Source: Podospora anserina
Lineage: Eukaryota
Assembly: GCA_017654855.1 (NCBI GenBank)
Contig: CM030334.1
Coordinates: 3,224,001 to 3,288,000 of the forward strand
Reading direction: 5' to 3'
DNA: 64,000 bases
A program made the position numbers and the translations under genes. Below are positions 39,301 to 50,892 of this stretch, in pieces. The notes below the pieces were generated by a model. That model was not told the origin of the DNA. It saw nothing but the letters and a program-made list of their open reading frames with translations, and did no database searches. The number at the start of each line of letters is the position of its first letter. Within the stretch, counting starts at the first letter, position 1.

Positions 39301-39846
39301 ATGAAACTCCTCCCTCTATTACTCCTCCCATTACCAGCAGCGACAGCCCTCTTCAACCCCGGGGGGCACTTCTACCCCCTCCTCCACCGCGCCTCCTGCC
39401 ACGGCAACAACTGCAACCGCGCAGTAACAGGCACAGGAGCCCACCTCCCCCCCCCCACCCAACGCTCAGCCGATTGTCGGTCTTTTCTTCTCACAACCGT
39501 CACCCCAGCAGCGACGTATGTCCCGTCCCCCTCACCCGTTTCCATTCCACATCCCACTGATTACAAATCCCAACCTAGGACAATAACAAAAACAGTCGAG
39601 CCAACACCCGGCGCTAGACTCCTGAGACGAGATGAACTGGAGGAAATTGAAAAAAGGAATGAGGTGATGGCGAGACAGGCAACGATAACACCGACCAGGG
39701 TTCCATCCTGGGTTGGTGGGAACTGCGGGAGCGGGCCCGACGAGTTCAGGACGGGGTGCTTGTGCTTTGGGGTTACGGGTGGTGTTAGTACTGCGCCTAG
39801 GAGGACTGTGACTGTTACCGAGACGCTGGATTGGTGCGAGGAGTAG
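39301..39846 (+). CDS. Small secreted Cys-containing protein
   Basis: Signal peptide [33 protein letters not shown]; intron 39516-39578 (GTATGT..CTGAT..TAG, 63 nt); dibasic RR/KR sites; C-terminal GCLCFGVT. Confidence 0.8.
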   Translation: MKLLPLLLLPLPAATALFNPGGHFYPLLHRASCHGNNCNRAVTGTGAHLPPPTQRSADCRSFLLTTVTPAATYVPSPSPVSIPHPTDYKSQPRTITKTVEPTPGARLLRRDELEEIEKRNEVMARQATITPTRVPSWVGGNCGSGPDEFRTGCLCFGVTGGVSTAPRRTVTVTETLDWCEE

Positions 39847-40595
39847 CTTTCTGCTCCCTTCATGACACGGGGATGTGAGGAATTGGGAATGATGGTCATG
39901 GAATGGGGGCTGGAAAGGGATAGGTTGCTGTACATGTAATGAGGGAAGTTGTAAGAACGTTAATCCTAATAGAAAAACACGGATGAGGTTGGTTGGGGAC
40001 GATAAGGTAGATGATGAGGGCTCATACCTGCTGAGTATAAAGTTGACTTTGGACTGTATAAGATGTAGAATCAGATGTGATGCCACGTCTTCTTTCTTCT
40101 ACACACACACAACCAAACAAACCCAACCATCTTTTCCTTTGTCATTGAAGTAGAACTCAGGTGTACACCTACGGCGAAGGAAATCACACCCCGTTGGTTC
40201 ACAAGCCCAAAGCTCCAAACTGTCAGCGTTGATTGTTGCTCAGCACGAGAAGAAACCAAAACAATTGCCCCTAACCGACTTGGCAGGCAAAAGTGGAGGT
40301 GTTTCCAGCCCCGACTTGGACAACAGACCCGGTAAGTGTTATCAAGATCCAGTCTTACAGCGCTCTTGCTTCTTTGTCGTACAAGTATCAGGCGGTTTTC
40401 ATGTTTGCAACTCTTTCTTGCCCATGATAACTTGGTTCAGCATGAGAAGTGGTCCAACGCTGGATATCATTCTTATCGCTGTCACCAAACCCACCAAAAC
40501 ACCAAACCGAATATCAAAACCCATAATTTTACACAGCCTTACGACCATAATCCCACACCCAAGTCTGAACCATATGTACACCCCCTCATGCCCTC

Positions 40596-42719
40596 CTACC
40601 TCAACCGCCTCCCCATCACATCCTCCTCCGTAATCTTCACCCCCGCCGCCGCCGTCTCCCCCCCAGCCAACCTCAACCGCCTCCCCTTCACCTCCTTCTC
40701 CTCCTCCTCCCTGACAGCCTTCTTCACCCCGGCCGCTTCCCTCGCCAACCTCAAATCCCCCAAACTCAACCCAACATCCCTAGCATAATCCCCAAACCCG
40801 TCCACCACCCCCCTCAAACTCCACCTCAACCCCTCCAATATCTCCTCCACCTCCCTCGACTCCCTCCGCCCCTCCACATCCGTCCAGCTAACCACCACCC
40901 CCTCCCTGAAACCCTCCACCTTCCTCACCAACCCCGTCAAGGTCCTCACCAACCCCGCCACATCCCTCTGCACATACCCATACTTGTCCTCCTGCAAACT
41001 CCTCACCGCCAGCCCACTAAGCGCAAAAGCAGCGTTCGCATACAGGCTCACCTCCCCAAACGGCTCCCCCAGCAGCACCTTTGCCACCCCTCTGCGGTAC
41101 GTCTGTCTAAACGGCCAACCAAACGGGCTCTCTACAAACTTGGTCGCAAAGTCCTTGGCCAAACCCTCCGTGTCGTCCGTCCCCGTGGCCTGCTTCTGGG
41201 CCTTGATCAGCTCCTCCTTGGCAAACTCGGCGATTTTCCTCGCCCGCGGACTAAGCTGCGACGGCTGCCCCGGATCGGTAGCAATTTTCCCCACCGTCCG
41301 CTCGATCGCCTCCCGGTAGCCCCTTCTCTGGGGAGAAGGCTGGAAGACCTCCTCGTCTCTGGGGACCGTTTCAGTGAGACGTTTCTTTTCAGGGGCCCTG
41401 TTTCGGTCGAGATCCAACGCCGGATCCGGGACGGTGGGTTTGCCGTACTTTTCGTAGTTGTCGATTCTTGTTTCAATCTGCTTGAGGACGTCGATGCAGA
41501 TCTTGTAGATCTGGGACCACATGGGCCCGTTCTTGCGGTCAATGTCCTCGTAGATGGCCTTGCGGCGGTCGGGGAAGTCGCGGGCGATGTAGGCTAGTTC
41601 CCACATGGCAAAGCACTGGTTTTGTTAGTTCCATTCCTGATTGTAGAAAGGGGGCCATACCTGAATGGACAGCTTCTTGGCCTTCAACCCGTTCAGAAGA
41701 CTGCCGTTGGGGTCCCTCGACTCCGAGGTGAGCGGCTTGTTGTTCTTAAGCGGGTTCTTGACCATGAATAGCGAAAAGGCTTCATTGCCGAGCGTCCACA
41801 CAAACGTGAGCAGCACGCTGGTCCACAAGCACCGCAGGATGATGGTCAACGAAAACGGAAGCGTCATGGGCGTCATGTTGGTCTTGGGGAGGTTGTAGAC
41901 GGGCCGGAAGAGCGACATGGTAAACCTCCAGACAAACCCCCGCAAGAAAACCGAGTAGGTGATCATGGTGGCCGTGGTGGACGTCAAGGCCTGCGTCAAG
42001 GTGAAGACGACAATCTCGGGTAACTTTTGCGCCAGCTTCTGGAGCTGCGTGTTAAAGTCTCCATCATCGGCATTGGCCTTCTTGTCCGCCTTCTTGTCCG
42101 CGTCCCGGGGTGGAGGCTTCGCGATGCCGTAGTGCAATCGGTCGACGTCGCTAAACAGATGTCTGAGACCGTGCCATACTCCCACCAACACGCAGTGTGT
42201 GGTCAAGAAAACGGCCTTCTCGTTCAATCTCGCGCGATCGGCGTGGTAGTAAGAGATGTACTCCAGCCCTGCGTCCTCAGACAGACACCACAGGTAGACT
42301 TGACTAAAGGCCCACGCTGAAAACGCATACGTGAGAATCGTCTCGAGCGTGTTGAAGGACCGGAGGCTGTCGAGGAAGGTGGCAAAGGGAGAGCTCGTGG
42401 TGCGGACACCGGGGTGGTGTTGGGCGATCCGAAGGGTGATGATGAGAACGCCGCAGAGGAAGAAGAAGAATGTTCGAATGCCGGCTGGGCCAAGGGGGAA
42501 CCACGCCCAGAGGACTGTTTGTGTTCTTATGTTAGCTGATGTCTGATTCACCCATACAAGACATAACCAACATGAATCCCAACTGGCCAGAAGCAGGGCC
42601 TCCAAGTAGGCAACCACCAAGATCACCAACCCGCTCGTCGCAAACCTCCGCTGCAGCGCGGGTTGGAGGAAATCCTTGTACGGCAGCACCCTCACTTTCG
42701 CAGCCGTGGCACCCGCCAT
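40596..42719 (-). CDS. NDC1: Transmembrane nucleoporin / SPB protein Ndc1
   Basis: Exons 42719-42572, 42514-41661, 41615-40596. Motifs PYKDFLQPALQRRF, multiple TMs, PLTSESRDPNGSLLNGL, FAMWELAYIA..RRKAIY and SLQEDKYGYVQRDV, typical of fungal Ndc1. Confidence 0.88.
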
Positions 42720-43231
42720 CTTGGAAAATTCGGCAGTCAGATCCAAGATTTGTGTGTTTGGCGGTGGTGGTGCAAAAACGGTGTCGTCGTTTATCGCTGT
42801 TGGGTATTAATGTCTGTCAGTCTGTCTGTTCTGTATTTTGTTACTCTCTGCTTTCCATTGGGGGGTCCTTTGTAAATAAAAAATACCAAGCCTTTTCCCG
42901 CTCTCCACCGAAGCAGCAGCCAGCACAGCGCACTGTCCACTGGAAGGACCCCAAGAACGCGTCAAGCTCCGCCCCACACCATGTCTAGATAGCCTCGTCT
43001 GATTGGCCTCACTCTACAATTACGTCGTTTGACAAGGGGACCCGATCCGCTGAGCTGACCAGTGCGCTGGGTTACAGGCAACTGTGAACCACAAACCAAC
43101 CTCCATCTCCAACCAAACTCCATTGGAAGTCATTGACAATAACAGGCTTGCGCAATCATTTATCCCCCCACCGTCGCTCTTTTCTTCCGTCTCTTTTCCC
43201 TCCCGTACTGTTTTCAACAACCAACCAAAAA

Positions 43232-44101
43232 ATGTCCTTCGACCGCCTCTCCGCCGCCGAGCAAGGCCGCTCCGGCCGCAACTACAACAACAACCAACCC
43301 CCCGCTCGCTCCTCCATCGCCGGGGGGTCCTACACCGACGACCCCGACTTCACCCGGCTCTACCAATCCCTCACCACCAACCTCTTCAAGCTCAACGGCA
43401 ACAACCAGCGCCTGTCGGGGGAGATCTCCCACCTCGGCACCCGCCGCGACACCCCCCGAGTCCGCGAGCGAGTCCACGAACTAATCGAAGAATCCCGCGA
43501 TCTCTTCAAATCAGTCGGCGAAGGCGTCAAGAAAATCCAGACGTGGGACGAAGACGTCACACCAACCCAAAAATACCACCAGCAGAAACTCTCCCGTGAC
43601 TTCACCACCTCTTTAACAGAATTCCAATCCCTCCAGCGGACCGCATTGGAAAAACAAAAAGCTTCTGTTTCCGTGCTTCAGTCCGCCCTCCCGGCCACGT
43701 CACCTTCCCACCAACCCCAGGTTTTGTCGTCCTCCCCCGGATCACAACAGCAACTTCTTCTTCAAGAACAAGAACTCGCCCGCCTGGCACCACAAGACGA
43801 GGTTGACTTTCAGGAGGCGCTCATTCTGGAACGGGAGGAGGAAATCAGGAATATTGAGCAGGGTGTGGGGGATTTGAATGTGCTTTTTCAGCAGGTGGCG
43901 CAGATTGTGAATGAGCAGGGCGAGACGTTGGACACGATTGTGAATAATGTCGAGAATGTGAGGGATGACACGAGGGGGGCGGACAGGGAGCTGAGGAGCG
44001 CGGCGAGATATCAGAAGAATGCGAGGAGCAAGGCTTGTTGCTTGTTGCTGATTTTGGTGGTGATCCTGACAGTGGTTTTGTTGGCTGTGTTTTTGGGTTA
44101 G
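43232..44101 (+). CDS. PEP12: Endosomal/vacuolar Qa-SNARE syntaxin (Pep12/Vam3-like)
   Basis: Intronless. Habc region (LGTRRDTPRVRERVH), SNARE motif EREEEIRNIEQGVGDLNVLF..QGETLDTI, C-terminal TM. Confidence 0.9.
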   Translation: MSFDRLSAAEQGRSGRNYNNNQPPARSSIAGGSYTDDPDFTRLYQSLTTNLFKLNGNNQRLSGEISHLGTRRDTPRVRERVHELIEESRDLFKSVGEGVKKIQTWDEDVTPTQKYHQQKLSRDFTTSLTEFQSLQRTALEKQKASVSVLQSALPATSPSHQPQVLSSSPGSQQQLLLQEQELARLAPQDEVDFQEALILEREEEIRNIEQGVGDLNVLFQQVAQIVNEQGETLDTIVNNVENVRDDTRGADRELRSAARYQKNARSKACCLLLILVVILTVVLLAVFLG

Positions 44102-44349
44102 ACGCGAGGAGAGGCCCAGTCAGGAGTTTACGAGATGGATGACACATGGGTTTTTTTTTTTGTTTTTGTTTTTTTTTCGTCTCTATGATGGTTCAAGGTT
44201 TGGAGGGCGCGATTCTTTGTTTTGTACATTTTGTTCCGGCGCTTTGGAGTTTTGGCCTTGCGCGAGAAGCCTGCGAGCTTTTTGTCCTCCAAGACTCGCT
44301 TTCCTCTATATGTACAGTGCAGAATTTACAGTCATATCACGTCTACCCT

Positions 44350-45819
44350 TTATTTCCCCTTCTTCTCCTTTTTGACCCCTCGAACGGCAGAAAACCGAGA
44401 CACTGGCTTCGCCGGGGCCGGTTTCGTCTGCGGCGGCACCTCCGCATCATTCTTGACCACCGTAGCCGCCATCGCCGCTCTTTTCGACGTCACCACCGGT
44501 GGCCTGGTAGTTGTCTCGGCCGTCTTCACCACCTCGACCACCGGCTTCTTCTTCTCCACCGGCATGGGATAAATGAAATACGGCTCCAGCCTCATCCTCA
44601 TCAGCTCTTTTGGCTTCTCCACCGGCCAAACCAAATCAAACAGCCTCTTCGCCATCCAATTACCCAAGCTGGACGTGATCCAGTAAAGGTGCATCGCGGC
44701 CGGCAACCCAATCGTCAACGGCCCGACAAGGACCGAGAACCAAAAGTTCAGCCTCGCTCCCGTGAGCATCAGCCTCCGGCGGAACTCCTCTTTCCCGGTG
44801 AGCTTCTCGTCCGGGTTCACGACTGGGGCTTTACCAAACATCCTGGCGAGTTTTGTCTTGTCCTTGGGGATCGCGTTGGCGACGAGGACGGCCGAGAGGG
44901 TCAAGGGGAGGATGTGGTAGGGGTCGGAGAGGGCAAAGTCTGGGATCCAGAGGATGCCCTCCATTGCTGGTTGGGTTGTTGTTGTTGTTGTTGTTGTTGT
45001 TGCTGTGGTGGTGGCGATGTCCTGGATGGATGATGAGATGGCTTCGGTGAGGGAGTTATCTAAGGTTGGTGGTGGTAGGGTGGGCTTGATAGCCGAATTA
45101 GCCAGCTCGACAGGATCGGCAGCCTTTGCTGTGACCGGTTTCTCACGAAACCAGTTCAGTATCGACCCCAGCAGACCCCCCGTGGCGGTGCTCTGCCATC
45201 TGATCGCCTCGATGCCCAAGAGCCACACGGGAAAAGTTGCGAGCTGGGCTGCAATGATGCGCCAGGGTTGGAGCTTCCACCGCTTTCTGAATTTGTTGTT
45301 GGCTTTGGTATGAAGCACGGGGAGCTTCTGGAGGAGATGGTCCATCTTGCTGGCTTTCCCTTTTTGTTGAGCCGTCTGCCTTTGGACTTCTTGGACGGCG
45401 AAGATCTCGGAGAGATGGCGCAGCTTGGCTTGTCTGTGGAAGGTGCTCTGGACGTAGAGGCGTGTGGGGAGGCGGAGGACCATGTTGAGGGAGATGGCGA
45501 AGAGGGGGATGGTGAGGTACCATGGGATGTTGAGGGAGGTGTGGAGGAAGAGGAGGTACTCTTGGGCGTTGTATATGGCTGTGTCGAAGGCGTTAATGAG
45601 GGAGAAGGACCTGGCTTGGGGTTGACTGTTGAGTTTGTGCTGTAATAGTCTGGTTCCTGGTCTGAGAGGTGTGGATGAGGCAGGTGAGATGAAGGCCGGG
45701 TGGGAGGCTCTATTGTGAGCAGCTAAGCTGAAGGCGCGGATAGCTGATGGGGAAATGGACAGAGCCCCTGAGCTCCGGACGGCCCGTAGACGGCCGATTG
45801 CTCTCATGGCATGGGCCAT
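44350..45819 (-). CDS. COX18: Oxa1/YidC-family mitochondrial inner-membrane translocase, Cox18 (Oxa2)-like
   Basis: Mitochondrial presequence; IPWYLTIPL..LRLP, FPVWLLGIEAIR, EGILWIPDFALSDPYHILP, LPAAMHLYWITSS. Confidence 0.8.
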   Translation of the reverse strand: MAHAMRAIGRLRAVRSSGALSISPSAIRAFSLAAHNRASHPAFISPASSTPLRPGTRLLQHKLNSQPQARSFSLINAFDTAIYNAQEYLLFLHTSLNIPWYLTIPLFAISLNMVLRLPTRLYVQSTFHRQAKLRHLSEIFAVQEVQRQTAQQKGKASKMDHLLQKLPVLHTKANNKFRKRWKLQPWRIIAAQLATFPVWLLGIEAIRWQSTATGGLLGSILNWFREKPVTAKAADPVELANSAIKPTLPPPTLDNSLTEAISSSIQDIATTTATTTTTTTTTQPAMEGILWIPDFALSDPYHILPLTLSAVLVANAIPKDKTKLARMFGKAPVVNPDEKLTGKEEFRRRLMLTGARLNFWFSVLVGPLTIGLPAAMHLYWITSSLGNWMAKRLFDLVWPVEKPKELMRMRLEPYFIYPMPVEKKKPVVEVVKTAETTTRPPVVTSKRAAMAATVVKNDAEVPPQTKPAPAKPVSRFSAVRGVKKEKKGK

Positions 45820-46480
45820 GGTGAGCGTGGGGTATCTAGCTAGGTGTGTGTAAAGTGGGAAGGGTGAGCTGAGAAATGTCGACCGGAAAGGTCCTGTAGA
45901 GAGACCAGACTGTTTCTTGGCATCTCACCCGCTAGAAGGGGGGCAGGGGAGCCCTGTAAGCCACTAAATCTGGCCCGTGCTTCTGGTAGCTGCACGGGAG
46001 CGTGGGGCGTGACAGGGAAGCTGCATCGTACGTCAAGCGCCATCCATGCCCTTATCCATTGCTCTGACCAGCTTGCAGCTTACTGCGTAAACCTTCTTCC
46101 ACCTCCCGTCTCTGTACACGCTCGTGACTTGAGCTCTACATTGACATTCTATCCTTTCGACTCTGTTGCCGGCCTCCTAAGACATTCATATCTACTTATC
46201 CACACCCACCTGATACTTCATTTTGTTCCCTCAAACCTCCATCCAACAACTGGCTTGCCCGTTGTTTGCCCATCGACAGTTGAAAGCATAGCGCGCTCCA
46301 AGCTCAGAGCTTCCCTCCCGAACCTGCCTCCTCCTCCTCCTCCTCCCGGTGGTCGGCGTGCCACTTCGGCCTCTGAAACAGCTGTGCCTCTTCCCCTTTC
46401 CCACGATCCTGTCCCCGACGAGCCGAGCGAGTCCCTCACACGCCGTCAGCACATGAAAGAGAAAGTCAAAGTCCTCCGGA

Positions 46481-48307
46481 ATGCTGTCAAGTATCTCTTC
46501 TCTCGCCGTCGTTCCCGCGCTATGTCTCATTCCCATCCTCGCCCTCGCGGGCCCGTTGTTGTTCCGCGCCGTGGGAGCTTTGCTGGGGTTGTACCTTCGC
46601 AAGAAGACGGATGGTCGGTTGTCGCATATCCTCGAGCTCACTGAGCAGGACGAAAAGAAGTGGCGGGAAGGCCGGAGGAGCAGCGGTAGCAGTAGCAGCA
46701 GTGGGAAGGATGAGGAGTGGGAGGAGGTGGACACATACACTGTTGGGACGTCGGGGAATGGGGGCAAGGGTGAGGCGGACTGGGATGGTGTCGTGGGCTT
46801 CTTTCACCCTTTTTGGTAGGTCTACTTCTTCCCTGCACCACGCAGACTGGGGAGGATATGGCTAATGAGACCTCAAGTAATGCTGGAGGTGGTGGAGAGA
46901 GAGTTCTGTGGGCGGCCATCCGTGCGACACAGCAGCGCTGGCCAAAAGCAAAGTGTATAGTGTACACTGGGGACCATGATGTGAACAAGGACGCCATCCT
47001 GTCTAGAGTCGAGGTATGTCACCTTTGGCTTCTACATCTGCTGCCGTCGTTGCTAACCTGGTCAGAACCGCTTCAACATTCACCTCCACCCTCCCACCGT
47101 CAATTTTCTCTACCTCACCACCCGCCATTGGGTCCTCGCCTCCACATGGCCGCGCTTCACTCTTGCCGGCCAGTCTTTTGGTTCCCTCATCGTGGCCTGG
47201 GATGCCTTCAGTCTTTTGGTTCCCGACATTTTTGTTGACACCATGGGCTACGCCTTTGCGCTTGGGCTCTCCAAGTTTTTGTTTCCCGAAATTCCCACGG
47301 CCGCATACGTGCATTATCCCACCATTTCTACCGACATGCTCGAATCTCTTGATCCCACCTCCACCGTTGGCTCTCAGGGGGTCCACGCCGGCCAGGGCAC
47401 CGGCACTCGCGGCAAGGCCAAGAAGCTGTACTGGAAGCTATTCGCCAAGGTCTATTCCCATATAGGGGCTTCCGCAGACGTGGTCATGACCAACTCTACC
47501 TGGACTATGGGTCACATTCAGAAACTATGGGGTCCCTTGAGAAGATCTAACAGGCCAATTGCTGTGGTGTATCCTCCGGTGGCCGTCAGTGAACTCGAGC
47601 AAGAAGTCGAAGTCTCCCCTGAAAGCGAAAAGAAGAGGGAAAAGGTGCTGCTATACATTGCGCAGTTCCGACCAGAAAAGAACCACCAGCTTATCCTCCA
47701 GGCCTTTGCCGAGTTTGTCAAGACGAGCAAGAGCCCGGCGGCCAAGGAGGCGAAGCTGGTGTTGGTGGGCAGTGTAAGGGATGATCACGACTCCAAGAGC
47801 GTGTATCAGCTCCGGTTGCTGGTGAACGAGCTGCACATCAAGGCCAGGGTGGAGTTTCATCTGGATGCAAGCTGGCCTGAGATCTTGGAGTGGCTGAGGA
47901 GGGCGAGCGTGGGCGTGAACGGGATGTGGAATGAGCACTTTGGCATCGGGGTGGTGGAGTACCAGGCTGCTGGGTTGGTGAGCGTGGTGCATGATAGCGG
48001 GGGGCCGAAGATGGATATTGTTGTGGACGTCGAGGGGGGGTTTACTGGTGAGTGCAACAGGGCGACACACGGGAAGAGTGGTGCTGATGATGTGGTGACA
48101 GGCTTCCATGCTACGACTCCGAGCGAGTTTGCTGAGGGGTTTGAAAAGGCGTTGAGCTTGGAGAACCCGTTGGAGGTGAGGCTGCGGGCGAGGGAGAGTG
48201 CAAAGAGGTTTACCGAGGAGGAATTTGCGAGGAGGTGGGTGAGGGAGATGGAACCTGTCATCGGCCTGAACGAGTTGAAGGTCACGACGGAGAAGAGGAG
48301 GGTGTAG
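46481..48307 (+). CDS. ALG11: GDP-Man:Man3GlcNAc2-PP-Dol alpha-1,2-mannosyltransferase
   Basis: Exons 46481-46815, 46878-47013, 47066-48047, 48102-48307. Motifs [64 protein letters not shown]. Confidence 0.95.
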
Positions 48308-48713
48308 GGGGCTTGATTTTGCTTGCGACAATAGAATACATGGATACCCTTTTTTCCTGAAGTCATTAATGGTGGGATGGGCTGAAGGGGATATGGTGTT
48401 GAAAGGGGGGCTTTATTATGATTGATTTTGTTCACATCTCATCCTTGGGACATTGATTGCAGTGAATGAAGGGATCAGGGGTGACATCTTGATCAGGAAT
48501 GGTCCGTGCGCGCACCGAGGTTTCAACCACTGACTGGTAGGTAAACTCTGCATTTCTCATCTCAAACTCATATCCAAACTCGAAGAGGAAACTTGCCTCG
48601 ACCACAAATCACAATCCTGCCTTCTGCAGGTACATGCAAATTCAGACGAACTCATCGCAAAAGATCAACCGGGGCTCGGATTTATCGCCAAACCAGTAGC
48701 ACACAAAAATCTC

Positions 48714-50570
48714 ATGCGATTCGGCGCCATCAGAGTTTTTTCGAAGGGACCTTCTCTCGGCACTTTTTCCAAAACTTCACCCTCGCTGCGCTATAGCAGC
48801 CAATCATATTCAACCAGATCCTGCTTCACAACCTCGACCGGTGTCAAAATGGCTTCCACGTCGGCACCTGCCGCGGCTGGGGGTGGTGAAGGAGTCCAGC
48901 AGATCGACAGCTACAAGATCCAACATCAGCAACAGAAGCAGCAGACAGGAAAGAGACCATTTCAGAACGGCCAAGGCGGCGGTGGAAAGGGTGGACGTGG
49001 TGGCAAGTTCAAGAAGAAGGGAAAGAAGGCGAAGCCGCCTGCCGAGGGTGGACACGATGAGGTCCTCCGGCTTGATATCGAGGCTCTGATGGCCAAGAGC
49101 AGGAACGAGGCCGCCGAGGGTGCTGAGGGTGAAGAAGCTGCCGCCGAGGAGGAAAATTTGCCAGAGCAGGGGAGCGAGGTTCTTGTCGAAGTTGTGGCAT
49201 TGTCTTCCACCGGTGACGGCCTGGCAAAGATGAAGGGCTCTGATCGCATCTATGTCGTCCCGTTCGCCGTTCCGGGAGATATGGTCACGGTCAAGGCCTA
49301 CCGCCACGAAGAAACCCACACCGTCGCCGACTTCATTTCTGTGGTCGACCCCTCTCCCCTCCGCGACGACAGCCGCATCCAGTGCGAGTACTTCTCCAAG
49401 TGCTCCGGCTGCCAGTTCCAAATGCTCGACTACGCCGAACAGCTCCGGATCAAGAGGGAGACTGTCGTCAAGGCCTACAAGAACTTCTCCCAGCTCACCC
49501 CCGAGCTCGTCCCCGAGATTTTGGACACCATCGGCTCCCCTCTGCAGTACAACTACCGCACCAAGCTCACCCCTCACTTCGACGGGCCCTGGAACAACCC
49601 CCGCCGCGGCCCGAAGAAGCATCTCGAGTCTTGCCCACCGATAGGCTTCACCCCCAAGTCAGCCCGCAAGGTAATGGACATTGAAGACTGCCCCATCGCC
49701 ACCCCCGCCGTGAGGAAGGGTCTCACGGCCGAGCGTGAGCGGATGAAGACCGAGTTCTCGAAATACTCCAACGGCGCCACGATTCTCCTGCGGGAAAACA
49801 CGATCCGAGTTCCCGCCGGGGGTGAAGCGCCCTCAGACATTCCCTCCGATGCGGTCGTTGTCCGGACGCCGGGGTACACCGACTACAAGACTCACATCAC
49901 GGACAACAACGCCACGAGCACCGAGCACGTTGACGACTTCATCTTCACCAACCCGGCCGGTTCGTTTTTTCAGAACAACAATTCCATCTTGTCGCCCTTT
50001 ACGCAGTACATTAGGGATCACATTTTGCCTCCTGCCAATAAGGAGGGGATAAAGTACCTCATTGACGCCTACTCGGGCTCGGGGCTTTTCACCATCACGC
50101 AATCAGCTTTGTTTCCGGGGGGGAGCATCGGGATTGACATTGCCGAGGGCTCGATCGCTTATGCTAGGAAGAATGCAAAGCTGAACAATCTGGACGAGGG
50201 GCAGTGCAAATTCATTGCTGCCGACGCGCCGGAGCTGTTCAAGAGTGTGGAGGGGTATAACCCGGACGAGACGGTTGTGGTGCTGGATCCGCCGAGGAAG
50301 GGGTGTGACGCTAGCTTTTTGAGCCAGCTGCTGAGGTTTGGGCCGAGGAGGGTTGTTTATGTGAGCTGTAATGTGCACACGCAGGCGAGGGATGTGGGGG
50401 TTTTAGTTAGGGGGGAGGTGGAGGGGGTTGTTGATGATACGGAGGAGACGGACGGGACAGAGAGGAAAAAGACGAGGTATGAGATTGAGAGCTTGAGGGG
50501 GTTTGACTTTTTTCCGCAGACGGCTCACGTTGAGGGGGTGGCGGTGTTGAACAGGGTTGAGGAGAGGTAG
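48714..50570 (+). CDS. TRM2: tRNA (uracil-54-C5)-methyltransferase
   Basis: TRAM-like region, CEYFSKCSGCQFQ, YNYRTKLTPHF, SFFQNN, LIDAYSGSGLF, VLDPPRKG, VYVSCN, FDFFPQTAHVE. Second in-frame ATG at 48849. Confidence 0.93.
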   Translation: MRFGAIRVFSKGPSLGTFSKTSPSLRYSSQSYSTRSCFTTSTGVKMASTSAPAAAGGGEGVQQIDSYKIQHQQQKQQTGKRPFQNGQGGGGKGGRGGKFKKKGKKAKPPAEGGHDEVLRLDIEALMAKSRNEAAEGAEGEEAAAEEENLPEQGSEVLVEVVALSSTGDGLAKMKGSDRIYVVPFAVPGDMVTVKAYRHEETHTVADFISVVDPSPLRDDSRIQCEYFSKCSGCQFQMLDYAEQLRIKRETVVKAYKNFSQLTPELVPEILDTIGSPLQYNYRTKLTPHFDGPWNNPRRGPKKHLESCPPIGFTPKSARKVMDIEDCPIATPAVRKGLTAERERMKTEFSKYSNGATILLRENTIRVPAGGEAPSDIPSDAVVVRTPGYTDYKTHITDNNATSTEHVDDFIFTNPAGSFFQNNNSILSPFTQYIRDHILPPANKEGIKYLIDAYSGSGLFTITQSALFPGGSIGIDIAEGSIAYARKNAKLNNLDEGQCKFIAADAPELFKSVEGYNPDETVVVLDPPRKGCDASFLSQLLRFGPRRVVYVSCNVHTQARDVGVLVRGEVEGVVDDTEETDGTERKKTRYEIESLRGFDFFPQTAHVEGVAVLNRVEER

Positions 50571-50892
50571 ATGGATGTAGGGGTGGGATTGTGGGGTTAT
50601 AAATAAAAGCTTTGTTGTTTTTTTGTTATTCTTCACGAGAGATGTGTGGTCTTGAGTTGTGTATTCCACACTGAGGTTTCGTTCAGTTGAACTACTTGCG
50701 CAGAGTCTCAGGCATCAAAGTGGATTGACTGCAATATTTCATTTCTAGCACGCCATGCATGGTATCCACGTCTGTAGCTATACACCGGGGTATCGTCCTT
50801 TCATAATCATAATCCTATCCCTTACAAGAGCCCTGACAAACCCAACAATTCAACTCCTTTCCCACACACATACACACACACACACAGTCCTT

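Noticed and set aside
36970-50610. Readthrough or editing extensions after other TAG stops (membrane protein, secreted protein, NDC1, ALG11, TRM2)
   Set aside because: Downstream frames close within ~2-30 codons, are not protein-like and end in no targeting signal
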